Part shown: positions 60,408-64,000 of the stretch, one piece after another
How positions within the stretch are numbered: position 1 is the stretch's first letter
Layout of the letters: each line of letters starts with the position of its first letter
Source: Rickettsiales bacterium
GTDB taxonomy: Bacteria; Pseudomonadota; Alphaproteobacteria; Rickettsiales; SXRF01
DNA length: 64,000 bases
Direction of reading: 5' to 3'
Assembly: GCA_033762715.1 (NCBI GenBank)
Contig: JANRLL010000007.1
Span: 3,902 to 67,901, forward strand
Position numbers and translations under genes: made by a program
Notes under the pieces: generated by a model
Databases searched by the model: none
Told to the model about the DNA's origin: nothing
What the model saw: the letters and a program-made list of their open reading frames with translations, nothing else

Positions 60408-60827
60408 CTATTCTTCGTCGATATATTGTTTTTCGGCTTTCTCGTGGCGCTCTTGTGCTTCGATGGTCATGGTAGCGATAGGACGCGCTTCCAGACGTTT
60501 AATACCAATCGGATCGCCAGTTTCTTCGCAATAGCCATAGCTGCCATCTTCGATGCGGCGAAGTGCTGCGTCGATTTTGCCAATCAGTTTTAAATAACGA
60601 TTGCGGGTGCGCAACTCGACCGTAGCTTCGGTCTCGAGTGATGCACGATCCGACAAATCAGGCTCGCGCCAGTTTTCTTCTTTGAGGTTGTTAATGGTCT
60701 CCTGCGATTCCGCGAGGAGCTCTTCGCGCCAAGCCAACAGTTTCTTACGGAAGTAATCCAACTGTTTTGCGTTCATATAGTCTTCGGTAGTGGATGGCTT
60801 GTAGTCTTTCAGCGCTTTAGTTGCCAT
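60408..60827 (-). CDS. dksA: RNA polymerase-binding transcription factor DksA (zinc-finger cysteines largely absent)
   Basis: Contains YMNAKQLDYFRKKLLAWREELL and a coiled-coil with DLSDRASLE (DxxDxA tip). C-terminal GYCEETGDPIGIKRLEARPIATMTIEAQE retains only one of the four canonical Cys. Confidence 0.9.
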   Translation of the reverse strand: MATKALKDYKPSTTEDYMNAKQLDYFRKKLLAWREELLAESQETINNLKEENWREPDLSDRASLETEATVELRTRNRYLKLIGKIDAALRRIEDGSYGYCEETGDPIGIKRLEARPIATMTIEAQERHEKAEKQYIDEE

Positions 60828-60919
60828 AGATGCCTCAATGTTAAAACAAGGTTAAAGTCTTGCAGTCCAGATTAACAGAAGGGGGTTTGTATAGCCAAAA
60901 GACACCATAAAAGCAACCG

Positions 60920-61363
60920 TTAGTCTGCGCGTGCGGTGGCTATGTTTAATTTGGCCAGCTCAACGGCCACCCGCAATTCAATATCATCCATGAGGGCCAG
61001 CAGGTAAGGATCATTAACATTTTGTTTTTGTTTTGCTAATTCATGTTCTAGCGTTTCAAGCGACGAAAGTGGTATACGACCGACCAGCAATTGCTGCCGC
61101 AAACTCTCAAGAGAATCCAATAAGTTATTCCCACGCGCCACCCACTTGCGCCGTTGCACGGCTTCATCAGACACTTCTTGTAAACTCAATAGGTTACTAA
61201 GCGGATTGGCAGGTGCAATATCGCTCGTGGCTGGGGGGGCGCCAGCGCCTTCTATGCCCGTACTATCCAGTAATTCTGAGAAATTGCCGACAGAGGAGCT
61301 GGTGCTGCGTTTGCGAACCGAGCCCGTGGATTTGACCGAGCTATATTCTGTGATTTTTATCAT
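60920..61363 (-). CDS. fliX: flagellar assembly regulator FliX
   Basis: C-terminal half (QRRKWVARGNNLLDSLESLRQQLLVGRIPLSSLETL...DDIELRVAVELAKL) resembles Caulobacter FliX. Divergent from flgI as in Caulobacter. Start trimmed to MIKITEY; the ORF track extends to 61447. Confidence 0.7.
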   Translation of the reverse strand: MIKITEYSSVKSTGSVRKRSTSSSVGNFSELLDSTGIEGAGAPPATSDIAPANPLSNLLSLQEVSDEAVQRRKWVARGNNLLDSLESLRQQLLVGRIPLSSLETLEHELAKQKQNVNDPYLLALMDDIELRVAVELAKLNIATARAD

Positions 61364-61559
61364 AGCGTCTAGTATATCAGTTGCAGCGGTAAGGTAAATA
61401 CTTACCACAGTATTGGCGCTGGCCATGGGCAAAAACTGCCTAGACAAAAGTCGCTTTGCACGGAAGCCGTATTTCTCGCTGCATATTCAGCTGTATATCC
61501 TATCGTAATACCTATTTATCCCATTAATAAATCATAATTTTTTGTTGGATTTCTATAGT

Positions 61560-61575
61560 TGGCACGTAAATCGCT
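61560..61575 (+). promoter_or_regulatory. sigma-54 type promoter (-24 GG / -12 GC) upstream of flgI
   Basis: TGGCACGtaaaTCGCT. GG at 61561-61562 and GC at 61573-61574 have the canonical 10-nt spacing, about 30 nt upstream of the flgI ATG at 61606. Confidence 0.6.
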
Positions 61576-61605
61576 TCATACCTTAGGCAAAGGGGGAGGT
61601 TTTAT

Positions 61606-62826
61606 ATGCAAATGACAAGTTCAAATAAAGGATATGTGACCTGGTCTGCTAGTCAGACACCGCAGACAAAACCCTCGCTGGTTGATCTGGAACAGCTGGT
61701 GCGCCGTTTTATATGCATGCCACTCTTTTTTGTCATGTTGCTTGGCGCTTATTTGTTTTCTTTCTCCGCTCAAGCGGAATCGCGCATCAAAGATATTGTC
61801 ACGTTCGAAGGTATTCGCCCCAACATGCTGATGGGCTATGGCCTTGTGGTGGGTTTAAATGGCACTGGCGATAAACTCAAAGATAACGCCTTTACCGAAC
61901 AAAGCTTGATTGCGTTTCTAGAACGCCAAGGCGTCAATACGCGCGGCATCGAACTCAAAAGCAAAAACGTCGCAGCCGTAACCGTGACAGCTATGCTGCC
62001 GGCATTTTCTCGCACTGGTAGCCAAATTGACGTCACCGTAAGCGCGATGGGTGATGCAAAGAATTTAACCGGCGGCACCTTGCTTGCTACCCCACTTTAT
62101 GGCGCGGATGGCGAAGTGTATGTGGTGGCGCAAGGCATGATCTCCATCGGCGGCTTTCGCGCCGTGGGTGAAAAAGCAGCCAACACGCCCAATAAAGGCG
62201 TGCCAACCTCGGGCTATATCACTAGCGGCGGTATCGTCGAGCGTGAACTGGAATTTGATTTGAACCGCTTGCCAAGCTTGAAGATGGCATTGCGTAACCC
62301 TGATATTTCGACCGCACAAGCTGTGGCGGAAACAGTCAATGCGAATATTGGACCTGGTGTTGCTACCGTATCGGATCCAGGCACCATCGTGTTGCAAGTG
62401 CCGGCGGTATATCAAAATCATTCCACGCAGTTACTGGCGGATATTGAAAGACTATCGGTGCAAACCGATCAGGTGGCCAAGATTGTAGTCGATGAAGCCT
62501 CTGGGACTATTGTGATGGGCGAGAATGTGCGCATCGATACCGTTGCGGTGGCGCAAGGCAACTTAGTGGTCAAAATCGAAGAGCCAAGCAATCCTGAACC
62601 CGCAACGCAAGGTGGTGTTGCTGCGAGTGTGCAAACGGCGCAGGCCATTGTCGAAGTACAACCCGATAATGTTGATAAACAGCTGACCGTGATGTCACGC
62701 GGGGCCACGTTGAAAGACTTGGTGGCTGGGCTTAATGCGATGGGTGTTGGTCCGCGCGATTTGATCACCATTTTACAAAATATTAAAGCAGCAGGCGCTT
62801 TGCATGCTGAAATTGTAACGAGGTAG
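61606..62826 (+). CDS. flgI: flagellar P-ring protein FlgI
   Basis: Contains SRIKDIVTFEGIRPNMLMGYGLVVGLNGTGD and C-terminal LKDLVAGLNAMGVGPRDLITILQNIKAAGALHAEI. SD gggggagg lies before 61606. The mature signal peptide may instead begin at the internal Met at 61717. Confidence 0.92.
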   Translation: MQMTSSNKGYVTWSASQTPQTKPSLVDLEQLVRRFICMPLFFVMLLGAYLFSFSAQAESRIKDIVTFEGIRPNMLMGYGLVVGLNGTGDKLKDNAFTEQSLIAFLERQGVNTRGIELKSKNVAAVTVTAMLPAFSRTGSQIDVTVSAMGDAKNLTGGTLLATPLYGADGEVYVVAQGMISIGGFRAVGEKAANTPNKGVPTSGYITSGGIVERELEFDLNRLPSLKMALRNPDISTAQAVAETVNANIGPGVATVSDPGTIVLQVPAVYQNHSTQLLADIERLSVQTDQVAKIVVDEASGTIVMGENVRIDTVAVAQGNLVVKIEEPSNPEPATQGGVAASVQTAQAIVEVQPDNVDKQLTVMSRGATLKDLVAGLNAMGVGPRDLITILQNIKAAGALHAEIVTR

Positions 62827-62828
62827 GT

Positions 62829-63188
62829 ATGGCGACTATTAACGCATCGGTTGCAGCGGGTCTTTACGTCGGTAGCCTTGATACGAAGACGCAAGCTAAT
62901 GCCACTGCCAGTGCAGCGCTTAGCAGCCGCGGCAAAGGCATGAATATGGAACAGATTGACAAAGCAGCTAAGGATTTCGAATCCATGTTCATTAGCCAGA
63001 TGCTGGAGCCGATGTTCGGGGAGTCATTAGGAAAAGACTTATTCGGTGATAGTGAAACCAACGATGTCTACAAGAGCTTTATGGTCAAAGAATACGGCCA
63101 GCGCATTGTAGACGCAGGTGGCATAGGAATTGCTGGATATGTAAAAACGGCGTTACTCAAACTACAGGAGGTAGGTCATGACGGCTGA
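62829..63188 (+). CDS. flgJ: flagellar rod-binding protein (FlgJ N-terminal domain only / CheL-like)
   Basis: 119 aa. Contains AAKDFESMFISQMLEPMF, characteristic of the rod-binding domain. No muramidase domain. Confidence 0.75.
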   Translation: MATINASVAAGLYVGSLDTKTQANATASAALSSRGKGMNMEQIDKAAKDFESMFISQMLEPMFGESLGKDLFGDSETNDVYKSFMVKEYGQRIVDAGGIGIAGYVKTALLKLQEVGHDG

Positions 63189-63648
63189 TGCAATAGTAAG
63201 CGAGAAAGCGGCTACAAGCTACACCCCACAAATCAATGTGCGCGATGTCATCAATTTAACAGCGCGTTTGGCGCAGTTGTTAGCGGAAGAAGTTGATTTG
63301 CTCGGAGACATGAAAGTCAAAAAAATCGAAGCACTTCAACAAGAAAAACATTTTTTGATCAATGCGCTCAATACGCAACGTAAGCTGCTCGATAAGCATC
63401 CCCAGCTAGTCGATACTATTCCTTCTCAAGATTCGAAGGATTTGGAAGATGTGGTGAACCTATTCAACGACATCTTGCAAGAAAACCATCGTAAGCTGCT
63501 ATTGGCTAAAGAGGTGAATCATAAAATTGTGCAAGCCATCACCGAAGTGGTGAAAGAAGGTACATTAAGCAAAGTGTATGATGGCAGTGGCATCAATGCA
63601 GTAGCGCCTTACGAAACGTTATCCGTGACGCTTAACCAAACCATATAG
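63178..63648 (+). CDS. putative flagellar export chaperone (FlgN-like)
   Basis: 156 aa helical protein between flgJ and flgK, overlapping flgJ by 11 nt. The LLAEEVDLLGDMKVKKIEALQQEK pattern resembles FlgN-family proteins. The assignment is mainly by position. Confidence 0.4.
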   Translation: MTADAIVSEKAATSYTPQINVRDVINLTARLAQLLAEEVDLLGDMKVKKIEALQQEKHFLINALNTQRKLLDKHPQLVDTIPSQDSKDLEDVVNLFNDILQENHRKLLLAKEVNHKIVQAITEVVKEGTLSKVYDGSGINAVAPYETLSVTLNQTI

Positions 63649-63655
63649 GTGAGTT

Positions 63656-64000
63656 ATGGGGCTTTCAGTTGCTCTCAATACAGCGCTTTCTGGCCTAAAC
63701 ATTAATCAGCAGGCGCTGTCGGTTCTGTCGCAGAATATTGCGAATGCGAACACGCCTGGCTATAGCCGGCAGGTACTCGAATTAAATGCGGTCTATCTGG
63801 ATGGCGATGGCGCAGGTGTGAGCATTGAAGCCGTCAATCGCAAGGCCAACGAATACCTTAATAAAGCCATCGTATCGCAAAGTGCTGCCGTGGGTGCCGC
63901 CGATACACTCAAAGATTATTTCAATCGCATCCAATTTTTGATTGGCAAACCAGGCAGCAGTAATGACGTCAGCGCCTATGCAACGCGCTTTTTTAATTCG
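63656..64000 (+). CDS. flgK: flagellar hook-associated protein 1 FlgK, N-terminal part (runs off the right edge)
   Basis: Not in the ORF track because no stop lies within the window. ATG at 63656 after aggtgag. Translation MGLSVALNTALSGLNINQQALSVLSQNIANANTPGYSRQ matches the conserved flagellar axial-protein N-terminus. Confidence 0.85.
   Translation, partial: MGLSVALNTALSGLNINQQALSVLSQNIANANTPGYSRQVLELNAVYLDGDGAGVSIEAVNRKANEYLNKAIVSQSAAVGAADTLKDYFNRIQFLIGKPGSSNDVSAYATRFFNS

Noticed and set aside
61524-61538. CtrA-box-like TTAA-N7-TAAT between fliX and flgI
   Set aside because: The second half-site is imperfect in an AT-rich region where such matches arise by chance. It is mentioned only as context in the sigma-54 finding.

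Overview
Chromosomal core segment of a flagellated alphaproteobacterium. The lineage call rests on a permuted two-piece ssrA, an alpha-type SspB, an HdaA-like Hda, a cysteine-less DksA and a divergent fliX/flgI pair. About 70 tightly packed genes are present, mostly housekeeping: glnD (3' part), hda, perM, purMN, ndk, guaA, yfgM-like/bamB/der, rlmI-like, mscL, tRNA-Arg(CCT), mlaCA, metF, motAB, rluB, rsmD, thyX, ssrA/sspB/tadA, ettA, apbC, hflKC, degP, serB, miaA, ilvB-ilvN-ilvC, leuA, mreBCD-mrdA, dksA and fliX-flgIJ-(flgN-like)-flgK. A complete Phe/Tyr catabolic route is present but split into two loci (hmgA-fahA-maiA; phhA/hppD). I found no rRNA, CRISPR array, transposase, integrase or recognisable defence or toxin-antitoxin module, so I cannot point to a clear multi-gene novel system. 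The unusual content is small and scattered. (1) A 131-codon unknown ORF is translationally coupled between the AHAS large and small subunit genes. (2) A 484-aa orphan gene splits mreB from mreCD. (3) A family of ~120-nt nested-palindrome elements sits directly after the stop codons of guaA, the serpin gene and ettA. (4) The two-piece tmRNA has an unusually long tag ORF containing a duplicated ANDN motif, next to sspB. (5) A secreted inhibitory-type serpin is coupled to rsmD. (6) A leaderless peptidoglycan-binding protein carries a Tlde1/YkuD-like His-Cys C-terminal domain. (7) thyX, an unknown ORF and a Rieske oxygenase form an overlapping-codon operon. (8) A 20-nt duplicate of the tRNA-Arg 3' end lies 100 nt from the gene, resembling an att scar. 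Functional calls are from motifs read by eye in the supplied translations; no database search was possible.
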